From assembly GCA_963708725.1 (NCBI GenBank), contig CAVPTL010000008.1:733697-797696 (forward strand): a DNA stretch of 64,000 nt, given 5' to 3'. This DNA comes from an uncultured Actinomycetes bacterium. Its GTDB lineage: Bacteria > Actinomycetota > Thermoleophilia > Gaiellales > JAICJC01. Positions 47,633-56,725 of the stretch are shown here, piece after piece. Within the stretch, counting starts at the first letter, position 1; each line of letters starts with the position of its first letter. Below the pieces are notes generated by a model. That model saw nothing but the letters and a program-made list of their open reading frames with translations, searched no databases and was not told where the DNA came from. Made by a program: the position numbers and the translations under genes.

Positions 47633-49459
47633 GTGTCAACTCCCTGCGCGGGGCTCATGTGGCGTACGGCACACGCCGATGGAGTCCTCATGGCGTTGGA
47701 TCCGTCAGGGCTGCCTCCGGCTGGGACCGGAGGGTCGAACAACACTGTCGACGTGCTGCGGCGCGTCGCGGCGACCGCGGCCGTCCACATCTACGAGATG
47801 GAGTACCTCGAGGATGGGCGGTACGTGTGCAACGAGTTCATCGGGGAGGGCCTCGAGAGCCTGCTCGGCCCGCTCCCCGAAGGCCATGACGAGGAGGAGG
47901 CCTGGGAGAACGCCGTGCATCCCGACGATCACGCCGCCTATCTCGCCTTCAACGAGGCCCTCCGCCAGGGCCGTCCCATGGAGCTCGAATACCGGCTGGT
48001 CGGCTTCGACCGCCGCACGCGCTGGGTGTGGGATCGAGCCCGCCCGCGATTTACCCAGGGCCGTCTCCTGGTCGAGGGCATCGTCACCGACGTGACCGAC
48101 CGGCACGAGGCTGGTGAAGCGCTGGCCGACGCTCAGCGAAAGCTCGCCCACCTCGCCTACCACGACCCGCTCACCGATCTGCCGAACCGGCTCAAATTCT
48201 CCGAGCAGCTCGAGCGCACCCTCGCAGAGGCGGAGCGCAACGACGCCGCTGCCGCCGTGCTGTTCGTCGATGTGGATGACTTCAAACTGGTCAACGACAG
48301 CCTCGGCCATGCCGTCGGCGACGAGCTTCTCCGTACGCTGGCAGGACGGCTGCAACAGGCCGTCAGGCAGGGCGACATGGTCGCCCGGCTCGGCGGCGAC
48401 GAGTTCCTGGTGCTGCTCTCGATGCCCGGCGAGAGCGACACCAGCATCGTGCGTTCGGCCGCCGAGGAGACCGCCGCACGGATCCGTGCCATCGTGTCGC
48501 GACCCGCCGAGGCCGGTGGCGTGGAGGTGTTCGTGTCGGCCAGTGTCGGCATTGCCCTGTTCCCGCAGGACGCCACGGTGGGCGAGGAGTTGCTGAAACA
48601 CGCCGACATCGAGATGTACCGAGCCAAGCAGGTTGGCCGTGAGAGCCAGCGAGCCGCCGTTCGCGACTCGGACGAGGCCACCGATCGGCTGGCGGTCGCA
48701 GGCCGCCTGCGTGGGGCGGTCGAACGCGGCGAGATGGTGCTCAACTATCAGCCGATCGTTGCCCTCGATTCCGGAGCGATCATGGGCGTCGAGGCGCTGA
48801 TCCGCTGGAACGATCCCGTGCGCGGCCTGGTGCAGCCGGCCGACTTCATCCCCGTTGCCGAGCGCACCGGCGCGATCGGTGGCATCTCCGACTGGGTGGT
48901 CGAAACCGCCCTGGTACAGGAACGGGCATGGCGAGCCGCTGGAATGGATCTGTTCGTCTCGGTCAACCTGCCGCCGATCCTGTGGCGGCCAAAGGCGATG
49001 CGGCGTGTGATCGACACGATCGAAAGCTACGGACTCGACCCCAGCCGGCTGATGATCGAGATCACCGAGACCGCCGCCACCGCCGATTCGGAAGGTGTCG
49101 AGCCGATGTTGGCCGATCTCCAGCGGCGAGGCCTTGGTATCGCGATCGACGATTTTGGCACCGGCCACTCGTCGCTCGGGCGGCTCAACCACATTTCAGT
49201 GACGACGATCAAGATCGATCGCTCGTTCGTGACCGGGCTGCCGGCGGATCCAAGCTCGGTGGCGGTCGTCGACAGCGTCATCAAACTCTCTCGGAACCTC
49301 GGTCTCACACCGCTGGCAGAGGGAGTCGAAACCGAGGGCCAGCGCCGATTCCTCTCCGCGCATGGGTGTGCACTGGGCCAGGGCTTTCTGTTCAGCCCTG
49401 CGGTGCCCGCCGATCAGATCGAACTGCTGGTACGGCGTCAGCGCCCGATGGCCGCCTGA
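47633..49459 (+). CDS. PAS-GGDEF-EAL signalling protein
   Basis: A PAS block (ELEYRLVGFDRRTRWVWDR), GGDEF (RLGGDEFLVLL), and EAL (EALIRW, DDFGTGHSSL). The start is uncertain (47633 or 47690). Confidence 0.88.
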   Translation: MSTPCAGLMWRTAHADGVLMALDPSGLPPAGTGGSNNTVDVLRRVAATAAVHIYEMEYLEDGRYVCNEFIGEGLESLLGPLPEGHDEEEAWENAVHPDDHAAYLAFNEALRQGRPMELEYRLVGFDRRTRWVWDRARPRFTQGRLLVEGIVTDVTDRHEAGEALADAQRKLAHLAYHDPLTDLPNRLKFSEQLERTLAEAERNDAAAAVLFVDVDDFKLVNDSLGHAVGDELLRTLAGRLQQAVRQGDMVARLGGDEFLVLLSMPGESDTSIVRSAAEETAARIRAIVSRPAEAGGVEVFVSASVGIALFPQDATVGEELLKHADIEMYRAKQVGRESQRAAVRDSDEATDRLAVAGRLRGAVERGEMVLNYQPIVALDSGAIMGVEALIRWNDPVRGLVQPADFIPVAERTGAIGGISDWVVETALVQERAWRAAGMDLFVSVNLPPILWRPKAMRRVIDTIESYGLDPSRLMIEITETAATADSEGVEPMLADLQRRGLGIAIDDFGTGHSSLGRLNHISVTTIKIDRSFVTGLPADPSSVAVVDSVIKLSRNLGLTPLAEGVETEGQRRFLSAHGCALGQGFLFSPAVPADQIELLVRRQRPMAA

Positions 49460-49460
49460 G

Positions 49461-51404
49461 TCAGCGGCTGCGCGGCGGGCAGTGCTTGGTGAGGAACTTC
49501 GTGACCCGCGCCAGCCGGTGCTCGCGCCGGTCGGGACGCATGGTCGCCATCATCACGTGCTTGCCACCCGGGTAGAGCACCATCTCCACGTCGTGGCCGC
49601 GCTCGCGCAGGGCGACAAACAGCTGCTGGTTATCGTCGAGCGGGCACACTCGATCGGCCTCGCCCTGGAGCATGAGCACCGGCGCGGTGATCGCGTTTGC
49701 AAGCCTCAGCGGAGATGAGCGCCACAGCTCCTTCTGACGCGTGATCACCGGCCCGTAGCCGATGGCGCGGTCATAGCCGGGGCCGATGCTGGATGTCCCG
49801 TGCGCGCTCGACATGCTCGCCACGCCGTTCTCCGACACGATCGCGCAGAACCGTTCGGGCGCGGCACCGGCCAGCCAATTGACCGCCCAGCCACCGTAGG
49901 AGAGCCCCATCGCGGCGACCCGCTTGGGGTCGGCGATACCGGCGTCGATCGCCCAGTCGAGGCTGGTGACCAGGTCGTCGGCGTCGGGGCCGCCCCACTT
50001 GCCCTGAATTGGCTTGATCCACTCTCGACCGTACCCGCACGAGCCCCGGATGTTGGGGAGCAGGACGCGATAGCCGAGCTCGACCAGCGCCCAACCGTCC
50101 AGCTCGGGAGTGGGCCCGTGAGCGCCGTACGGTCCGCCGTGGGGAGACAGCACCATCGCGCCCGGGCCGCGCGCGTTGGCCGGTTCGAGCACGAACGACG
50201 GGATCCCGCCGGCGTCGACCTCGGTGATCCGCGGCGCGGCATACCGGCGCAGCCACGCGCCGCCGTTTCGCGTGAGCTTTCGCAGGCCGTCGGGTTCGAC
50301 GGCGAACACCTCGGGCGGGTAGGCGTCGTCGCAGGCGGTGGTGACGACGCGGCCTCCACCGGCGGCGATCCCCGTGATGGTGGTGTCGCCTTCCGAGAGC
50401 GGCGCGGCATCGCCGTCGACCGTCACGCGCCAGACCTCGTCTCGCCCGCGACGGTTGATGACCACGACAAGCGACTCGTCGTTCTCCCAGATCGGCCCGC
50501 CGCTCGATTCGACCCGCCAGTCGTGAAGGTCGGAGCAAAACGCGATCGTGACAGGCAGGTCGAGCTTGCCCGTGAGGCTGCGTAGCTCCCCGCCACTGGT
50601 TCGCAGATACAGCTCCGGCTCGGCGTAGTCAGGCGCGTACTGCGTGTCGACGCCGACGAACGCGAGCGTGCGCCCGTCGGGTGACCAGGTGGGAGAGGAT
50701 GCGGTACCGGCCAGCTTCACCAACTCACGCACGCGGCCGCCCTTCACGCTGACCTGGTGGATCGAGGCGTTTGGGTCGACGTCTGGCAACGGCCCCGTGG
50801 CCGCCACGAACACGAGTTTTTGACCCGACGGATGCCAGGCGGCGGCGGAGACGTCGTAGTCGCCCCTGGTGAGTTCTCGGGCGCGGGCGCCGGGTCGCGC
50901 GGCCACCACGTACAGGTGGTAGCGATAGTCGAGCACGCCGCTGTCGTCGCGCCAATCGATGGCACGGATCTCGCGGGCGACCTCGTCCTTTGGGTTCCCG
51001 GCGAGAAACCGCGGGTCGCCGGCCGCTGCGATGAATGCGATCGACCGTCCGTCGGGAGAGAACACCGGCGATGACATCGACTCGTGGCGACCGCCGCACA
51101 CCAACTCCGCCTCGCCACCGTCGATGCGCATCACGTACAGGTGATCCTCCTCGTCGGGGCCGCGATCCGAAAAGAACGCGATCGTGCGCGAGTCGGGTGC
51201 AAATACCGGAGAGGAGTCCTCCCACAGGCCGTGGGTGAGCTGTCGGGCCCGGCCGCCGCGATACGGCACCAGCCACAGATTTGTCTGGTAGCGGTTGGCG
51301 GCGACCGTCCTTCGGGTGTAGACCACCCACTCGCCGTCGGGCGAGACGATCGAGCCGCCGATCGCGACCTGTCGGCGCACGATGTTGGATCCCAGCTTTG
51401 TCAC
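49461..51404 (-). CDS. S9 family serine peptidase with N-terminal beta-propeller
   Basis: Start placed at GTG 51404 (VTKLGSNIV...). SPDG propeller repeats are present with the nucleophile motif GLSYGGW. The ORF-track extension would overlap the divergent nfu-like gene. Confidence 0.82.
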   Translation of the reverse strand: MTKLGSNIVRRQVAIGGSIVSPDGEWVVYTRRTVAANRYQTNLWLVPYRGGRARQLTHGLWEDSSPVFAPDSRTIAFFSDRGPDEEDHLYVMRIDGGEAELVCGGRHESMSSPVFSPDGRSIAFIAAAGDPRFLAGNPKDEVAREIRAIDWRDDSGVLDYRYHLYVVAARPGARARELTRGDYDVSAAAWHPSGQKLVFVAATGPLPDVDPNASIHQVSVKGGRVRELVKLAGTASSPTWSPDGRTLAFVGVDTQYAPDYAEPELYLRTSGGELRSLTGKLDLPVTIAFCSDLHDWRVESSGGPIWENDESLVVVINRRGRDEVWRVTVDGDAAPLSEGDTTITGIAAGGGRVVTTACDDAYPPEVFAVEPDGLRKLTRNGGAWLRRYAAPRITEVDAGGIPSFVLEPANARGPGAMVLSPHGGPYGAHGPTPELDGWALVELGYRVLLPNIRGSCGYGREWIKPIQGKWGGPDADDLVTSLDWAIDAGIADPKRVAAMGLSYGGWAVNWLAGAAPERFCAIVSENGVASMSSAHGTSSIGPGYDRAIGYGPVITRQKELWRSSPLRLANAITAPVLMLQGEADRVCPLDDNQQLFVALRERGHDVEMVLYPGGKHVMMATMRPDRREHRLARVTKFLTKHCPPRSR

Positions 51405-51458
51405 GGACGCGGATGCTACCGATCCGGAGGGGGCCTCTGCGTTCGCTACCGTACGTGT

Positions 51459-52085
51459 ATGGACACGGTTCTGACTGTCACCGACGAAGCTGTCGAGAAG
51501 ATCCTGCTGGTGCGCGACCGCGAGGACGACGCCGGCGATCTGTCGCTGTGGATCGAGGTGACCGGCGTCGATGCGTTCGGCAAGTTCGGCTACGACCTGT
51601 GGCTCGCTCCCGCCAGCGATGCTGTCGAAGGTGACGCGATCGAGTCCCACGGCGGGGTCAAGTTCACGATCCCGCGCGCCAGCGTCGAGGCTCTCCGCGG
51701 CGCAACTCTTGATCGTCAGGGCGATCTGGCCACCGGCGGGCTGGTGATCCAGCCGGCGCACCCGCTCGGCGCGGGCACCGAGGGCGTCGCTCCTCCCGCC
51801 GAGCTCGACGGCGACACCGCAGCGCGGGTCGGGTGGGTGCTCGATCACCACATCAATCCCGCGATCGCCGCACACGGCGGCACCGCTCGGCTCGACCGGG
51901 TCGAGGGCACTGTCGCCTATCTCCAGCTGGGCGGGGCGTGTCAGGGATGCGGCATGGTGGCGGCGACGCTGGGCGACGGTGTGCGAGCCGCGCTACGAGA
52001 TCTCGTACCAGAAATCACAGAGATCGCGGACGTGACCGATCACGCGTCGGGTACCAACCCGTACTACGACCCCACGCACGCGTAG
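51459..52085 (+). CDS. Fe-S cluster assembly protein (HesB/IscA-like N-domain fused to an Nfu/NifU C-terminal domain)
   Basis: The in-frame ATG 51459 gives MDTVLTVTDEAVEKIL... The C-terminal motif is GGACQGCGM. Confidence 0.75.
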   Translation: MDTVLTVTDEAVEKILLVRDREDDAGDLSLWIEVTGVDAFGKFGYDLWLAPASDAVEGDAIESHGGVKFTIPRASVEALRGATLDRQGDLATGGLVIQPAHPLGAGTEGVAPPAELDGDTAARVGWVLDHHINPAIAAHGGTARLDRVEGTVAYLQLGGACQGCGMVAATLGDGVRAALRDLVPEITEIADVTDHASGTNPYYDPTHA

Positions 52086-52129
52086 TCCCAAACCGGACGT
52101 TCAGTTAAAGAACTGGCGCCGCGCCGCCG

Positions 52130-54664
52130 ATGCGACTGGGGAAATGCGTTCCCACCATCGCTCCAAAGCGCTGTTCGAGCTCGCCCGCGCGCTGCAAATC
52201 CGTGCGCGACCCGGCCGCCGTCGCTGCCGTGTTCGGCGCTCGTGCCCATCAGTTTTCGAACGGCCGGATGTCGCTCTGGCATTGGGATTGTGAACGCGGC
52301 GTATTGCGCGAGCGGGGAAATCAGTACGAGACCGAGCGCGTGGTCGATCAGTTTCCCAACCGATCGCGGGCGCTCGAGTCTGGCCGCCCGCTGCGGTCGG
52401 ACGGGCTGCTCCTGCTGCCGCTCTCAAGTGGCGGACAGGTGAAGGGCCTGATCGAGGTCGAAGGGGCTTCGGACGGCGAGATCGCCTCGGGCGGTATGCA
52501 GCCCTGGCACGCGCTTGCAAGCGTGGTTGCGGCCTCGCTCGAGAACGCCGAGCAGTTTGAGCGGCTCCAGCAGACGGAATCGCGGTTTCGCTCGCTGGTC
52601 GAGCAGACGCCCGCGGTCACCTACCTCGACACCGCGATCACCGGTGAGCCGGTGTACGTCAGCCCGCAGCTGGAAGAGCTGTTTTCGGTGCCGGTGGAGG
52701 AGTGGCTCGAGGGCAACGACGGCTGGGGAAAGCGAGTCCACCCGGATGATCGCGAGGCGACCACGACCGGATACCAGCAGGCTGTCGCGAGCGGCGATCC
52801 CTACCGATGTGAATACCGGCTGATCGGCACCGACGGTGTGGAGCGGTGGCTGCGCGACGAGGCGGTTACCGTCGTCGACGATCGCGGCGAGCCGTCGCTC
52901 GTGCAGGGCGTGATCTACGACGTGACCGAGCGAAAGCTTGCTGAGCAACGCTATCTCGAGGCCGAGGAGCGCTATCGGATCCTGGTCGAGCAGCTGCCGC
53001 TTGCGATCTATATCGATGCGCTCGACGAGAAGGCGACGTCGATCTACAACAGCCCCCAGAACGCCGAGATCAGCGGGTACTCCCACGAGCAGTGGCAGTC
53101 CGATCCCGACCTGTTCGAAAAGACGCTCCACCCCGACGATCGAGCCTGGGTGATGGAGGGCTTCGAACGCGCCCGCGTCTCGGGAGAACCGTTCGTCGCC
53201 GACTATCGGATCGTGCGGCCCGACGGGACGATCGTGTGGCTCCACGACGAGTCGGTGGTGGTCGCAGGGCATGACGGCGAGCCCGGCTACCGGCAGGGGT
53301 ATCTGCTCGATATCTCTCGCAGCAAGGAGGCCGAGGAGCGGCTTTCGCACCTGGCCTACCACGACGCCCTCACCAACCTTCCCAACCGCGCGATGTTCCG
53401 CGAGCACCTCGAGATCGCACTGGCCCGCGCCGAGCGATCCGGACGCGGGGTCGCCGTGCTGTTCGTCGACCTCGACGACTTCAAGCTCGTCAACGACAGC
53501 TTCGGGCATGGCGCCGGGGATGAGCTCTTGATCGAGGTGGCCGATCGCCTGCGAACCGCCACCCGCGACACCGACGTGGTCGCACGGCAGGGCGGCGACG
53601 AGTTCCTGATCCTCGTGGCCGACCTCACCGTCGGTGGCGCCGACGAGGAGTTCGACATCGCCGAGCTGGCGCTCTCGGTCGCCGAGCAGCTGCGGCTTGC
53701 GCTGGCCCAGCCCTTCCACCTGGCCGACACTGAGATCTACTGCTCGGGATCGGTCGGGATCAGCCTGTTCCCGGTGGACGCCGCCGACGGTGAGAGCCTT
53801 TTGAAGCACGCCGACATCGCGATGTACCGCGCGAAGGAGCGCGGGCGCGACGGCCACCACCTGTACCAGCGCGAAGGCGGCGACGCGATGGCGCGGTTGT
53901 CGATGGCCGGACGCCTGCGACGCGCGATCGACCGCGAGCAGTTCGTGCTCTACTACCAGCCGCTGGTCGACCTCACGACCAACGACGTGGTCGGCGTCGA
54001 GGCGCTGATCAGGTGGGCCGACGGTGAGCGCGGCATGGTCATGCCCAACTCGTTCATCCCGCTGGCCGAGCGCACCGGCATGATCGCCCCGATCTCGGAA
54101 TGGGTCATCAACGAGGCCTGCCGTCAGGGCGCAGTGTGGCGCAACATGGGGCTCGACCTGTACGTCTCGGTCAACCTCCCGCCCGTGTTCTGGCAGCCGA
54201 CCGCGATGCGCACGGTGCTCGAGACGATCGAGTCGTTCGGACTCTCGCCTGACCGCATGATGGTGGAGCTGACGGAGTCGGCGGTGATGCAAAACCATCG
54301 CGCTTCTGAGCCGATCATCGCCGAGCTGCACGAGCGCGGCCTGCGGCTGGCGATCGACGATTTCGGCACCGGGCACTCGTCTCTCGGCCGTCTGCATCAG
54401 ATGGCGGTGACCACGCTCAAGATCGACCGCTCGTTCATCTTCGACCTGCCGCACGATCACAGCGCCGATGTGCTGGTGTCGACCATGATCGCGCTCGCCG
54501 ACGGGTTGGGATTGCAGGCGCTCGCCGAGGGCATCGAGACCGACGCCCAGCGGCGCTGGCTGGTCGATCACGGCTGCCCGCTGGGGCAGGGATTCTTCTT
54601 CTCACGCCCCGTACCGGCCGACCAGATCGCCGGCCTCTACCACCGTTTCAGCGACGCAGCCTGA
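52130..54664 (+). CDS. GAF-PAS-PAS-GGDEF-EAL signalling protein; the N-terminus is probably in the neighbouring frame
   Basis: GGDEF (RQGGDEFLILV) and EAL (EALIRW, DDFGTGHSSL). A plausible N-terminus MRSHHRSKALFELARALQIRA starts at ATG 52144 in the -1 frame and joins DPAAVAAVFGARAH... if one base near 52207 is removed. Confidence 0.85.
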   Translation: MRLGKCVPTIAPKRCSSSPARCKSVRDPAAVAAVFGARAHQFSNGRMSLWHWDCERGVLRERGNQYETERVVDQFPNRSRALESGRPLRSDGLLLLPLSSGGQVKGLIEVEGASDGEIASGGMQPWHALASVVAASLENAEQFERLQQTESRFRSLVEQTPAVTYLDTAITGEPVYVSPQLEELFSVPVEEWLEGNDGWGKRVHPDDREATTTGYQQAVASGDPYRCEYRLIGTDGVERWLRDEAVTVVDDRGEPSLVQGVIYDVTERKLAEQRYLEAEERYRILVEQLPLAIYIDALDEKATSIYNSPQNAEISGYSHEQWQSDPDLFEKTLHPDDRAWVMEGFERARVSGEPFVADYRIVRPDGTIVWLHDESVVVAGHDGEPGYRQGYLLDISRSKEAEERLSHLAYHDALTNLPNRAMFREHLEIALARAERSGRGVAVLFVDLDDFKLVNDSFGHGAGDELLIEVADRLRTATRDTDVVARQGGDEFLILVADLTVGGADEEFDIAELALSVAEQLRLALAQPFHLADTEIYCSGSVGISLFPVDAADGESLLKHADIAMYRAKERGRDGHHLYQREGGDAMARLSMAGRLRRAIDREQFVLYYQPLVDLTTNDVVGVEALIRWADGERGMVMPNSFIPLAERTGMIAPISEWVINEACRQGAVWRNMGLDLYVSVNLPPVFWQPTAMRTVLETIESFGLSPDRMMVELTESAVMQNHRASEPIIAELHERGLRLAIDDFGTGHSSLGRLHQMAVTTLKIDRSFIFDLPHDHSADVLVSTMIALADGLGLQALAEGIETDAQRRWLVDHGCPLGQGFFFSRPVPADQIAGLYHRFSDAA

Positions 54665-56434
54665 TCACACCGGCAGTGCGGCGTCGCGCTCGACCAAAGC
54701 GGCGTAGCGGCCGCCCGCGGCCACCAGATCGGTATGCGTGCCGCGCTCCACGATCCGGCCCTTGTCCAGCACCAGGATCAGATCGGCCTCACGTACGGTC
54801 GAGAGCCGGTGGGCGATGGTGATGGTGGTACGACCACGGCTGAGGGTCTCGAGTGCGTCCTGGACTGCTCGCTCGGTCTGGACATCGAGAGCGCTGGTGG
54901 CCTCGTCCAACACCAGCACCGGCGGGTCGCGCAGGATCGCCCGAGTGATCGCAAGTCGCTGTTTCTCGCCGCCCGAGAAGCGGTAGCCGCGCTCCCCGAC
55001 GATCGTGTCGTAGCCATTTTCGAGCGACACCATGTGGTCGTGGATGCGGGCGGCCTTGGCGGCGGCCTCGATCTCCTCCTGGGTGGCACCGGGCTTGGCG
55101 AACTCGAGGTTCTCGCGCACCGTGCCGTGGAACAGGTAGGTCTCCTGAGAGACCACGCCCACGACGCTTCGCAGCGAGTCGAAGGTCAGGTCACGGATGT
55201 CGGTGCCATCGATCCGGATCGAGCCCTCGGTGACGTCGTAGAGCCGCGCGGTCAGGTACCCGAGCGTGGTCTTACCTGATCCGGTCTCTCCCACCACCGC
55301 GACGGAGGCGCCCGGTTCGGCCACGAACGAGATGTTCTGGAGCGTCGGGTGGCCCTCCTCGTAGGCGAAGGACACGTCCTCGAACACGACCTCGCCCGTC
55401 ACCCGCTCACGGTCGAGGGCGATTGCGTCGGGCTTCTCGTCGATGTCGATCGGGAGGTCGAGGTACTCGAACACGCGGTCAAACAGCGCAAGTGACGTCT
55501 GCACGTCGGTCTGGACGCTCAGGAGCGACGACACCGGAAAGAACAGCCTGGTCTGGAGGGTCGTGAAGGCCACCAGCGTGCCGATCGAGATCGCGCTCGA
55601 GCCGCTGGCGAGCAGGTGGCCGGCGATGCCGTAGACGATCGCGGGCATGACCGCGAAGGTGGTCTGGATCGAGGCCATCGCCCAACGGCCGGCCATCCGC
55701 TGCCGTAGCTCGAGGTCGGCCAGGCGGGACGACTCGGTGCCGAACCGCTCGGTCAGCTCACCGGTGCGCCCCATCGTCTTTGCCAGCAGCACTCCCGACA
55801 CCGACAGCGACTCTTCGACGAGTGCGGAGATGTCGGCCAGTGAGCTCTGGGTTGTGGCGGCCAGTGCGCGGCGCAATCGGCCGACCCGGCGGGTGATCAG
55901 CACGAACACCGGCAGCAGCGCGAACGCGGCCGCCGCGAGCTCCCAGTTCAGCAGGATCATCGCCACCGATGTGGCGATCACTGTGGTCAGGTTCGAGACG
56001 ATCGACGTGGCGGTGGTCGTGACCACGCTCTGCACGCCGCCGATGTCGTTGGAGATGCGCGACTGCACCTCGCCGGTGCGGGTGCGCGTGAAAAACGCGA
56101 GTGAGAGTCGCTGGAGGTGGCGATAGACCGCGGTTCGCAGGTCGTGCATCACCTGCTGGCCGACGAGATTTGACTGCCACGTCTGGGCGACACCGATCGC
56201 GCCGGTCACGATCGGGATCACGATCATGCCGGCCACGAGCAGGTTCAGCTCGGTGACGTTCAGGTTCTTGCCCTGGCTGAGGACGTTGTTCAGCAGATCC
56301 TGGAGCAGGAAGGCGGGGATGATCCCGAGCGCGGCGGCCAGGATGATCAGCGCGAACAGCCCCAGCAGCCGTTTCTTGTACGGAGAGAACAGCCGCAGGA
56401 TGCGGCGGCCGTTCTTTGGGGTGCGATTACTCAC
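54665..56434 (-). CDS. ABC exporter, fused permease/ATPase (MsbA/MdlB-like)
   Basis: Six N-terminal TM segments, Walker A GETGSGKTT, signature FSGGEKQRLAI, Walker B VLVLDEATSALD. GTG start at 56434. Confidence 0.9.
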   Translation of the reverse strand: MSNRTPKNGRRILRLFSPYKKRLLGLFALIILAAALGIIPAFLLQDLLNNVLSQGKNLNVTELNLLVAGMIVIPIVTGAIGVAQTWQSNLVGQQVMHDLRTAVYRHLQRLSLAFFTRTRTGEVQSRISNDIGGVQSVVTTTATSIVSNLTTVIATSVAMILLNWELAAAAFALLPVFVLITRRVGRLRRALAATTQSSLADISALVEESLSVSGVLLAKTMGRTGELTERFGTESSRLADLELRQRMAGRWAMASIQTTFAVMPAIVYGIAGHLLASGSSAISIGTLVAFTTLQTRLFFPVSSLLSVQTDVQTSLALFDRVFEYLDLPIDIDEKPDAIALDRERVTGEVVFEDVSFAYEEGHPTLQNISFVAEPGASVAVVGETGSGKTTLGYLTARLYDVTEGSIRIDGTDIRDLTFDSLRSVVGVVSQETYLFHGTVRENLEFAKPGATQEEIEAAAKAARIHDHMVSLENGYDTIVGERGYRFSGGEKQRLAITRAILRDPPVLVLDEATSALDVQTERAVQDALETLSRGRTTITIAHRLSTVREADLILVLDKGRIVERGTHTDLVAAGGRYAALVERDAALPV

Positions 56435-56497
56435 AAAGATTTAAACGCGGTCGAGGGCGAGATTACTCCCATGTCGCAAAGTGCGGGAATTTCGTGG

Positions 56498-56526
56498 TTG
56501 CACGGGCTGGGCGGCTGCCCTACTGT
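56498..56526 (+). promoter_or_regulatory. Candidate promoter TTGCAC-N17-TACTGT in front of structured RNA copy 1
   Basis: TTGCAC lies at 56498-56503 and TACTGT at 56521-56526. Copy 2 has TTGCAG-N17-TAACTT at the homologous position, although the spacer sequence differs. Confidence 0.5.
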
Positions 56527-56533
56527 CACTTCT

Positions 56534-56641
56534 GCGCCGCCCAAGGTAACCAAGTAGGACGAAACCGGGCGGAGGGATTGTAGAGGCGACTCGAACGTTC
56601 CTTCGGCCGGCGGACGAAAGGTCAACCAGGGCGGCGAATCC
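56534..56641 (+). ncRNA. Unclassified conserved structured RNA, copy 1 (strand not settled)
   Basis: Closing helix 56535-56542 pairs with 56629-56636. A second helix pairs 56545-56547 with 56625-56627. A hairpin spans 56600-56621 with the invariant loop GCCGGCGGA. Identity with 61451-61558 is about 80 percent, with two compensatory pair changes. Confidence 0.5.
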
Positions 56642-56649
56642 TGTTAAAC

Positions 56650-56680
56650 GTGAATACCAGTGCCAGGCACCGTTATTCAC
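56650..56680. repeat. Palindromic intergenic repeat copy 6 (31 nt, 2 arm mismatches, centre A)
   Basis: Sequence gtgaataccagtgccAggcaccgttattcac, 9 nt after structured RNA copy 1. Confidence 0.8.
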
Positions 56681-56725
56681 AGGTGTGAGCAGGTGGACAG
56701 GCGGGTAGGGAGAAGTCATGCCCCG

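Noticed and set aside
52809-52832. gtgaataccggctgatcggcaccg, resembling the left arm of the palindromic repeat
   Set aside because: It lies inside the GGDEF-EAL coding frame (…CEYRLIGTDG…), has no matching right arm, and is a partial chance resemblance.
47705-54571. Long minus-strand ORFs (47705..49192, 52424..54571) antisense to the two GGDEF-EAL genes
   Set aside because: They are shadow ORFs. The sense strands carry GGDEF and EAL motifs.
56534-56641. Identification of the structured RNA as SAM-I (shared GGCGGAGGGA), 5S rRNA (similar length), a tRNA-like T-arm (GACTCGAA) or SRP RNA
   Set aside because: Only isolated short matches exist. The surrounding conserved elements of those families (for example AUGA/GCAACC of SAM-I, loop A/helix IV of 5S, the GGAA/AGCA SRP motif) are absent, and the SAM-I-like string is on the strand opposite to the sulfur-metabolism genes.
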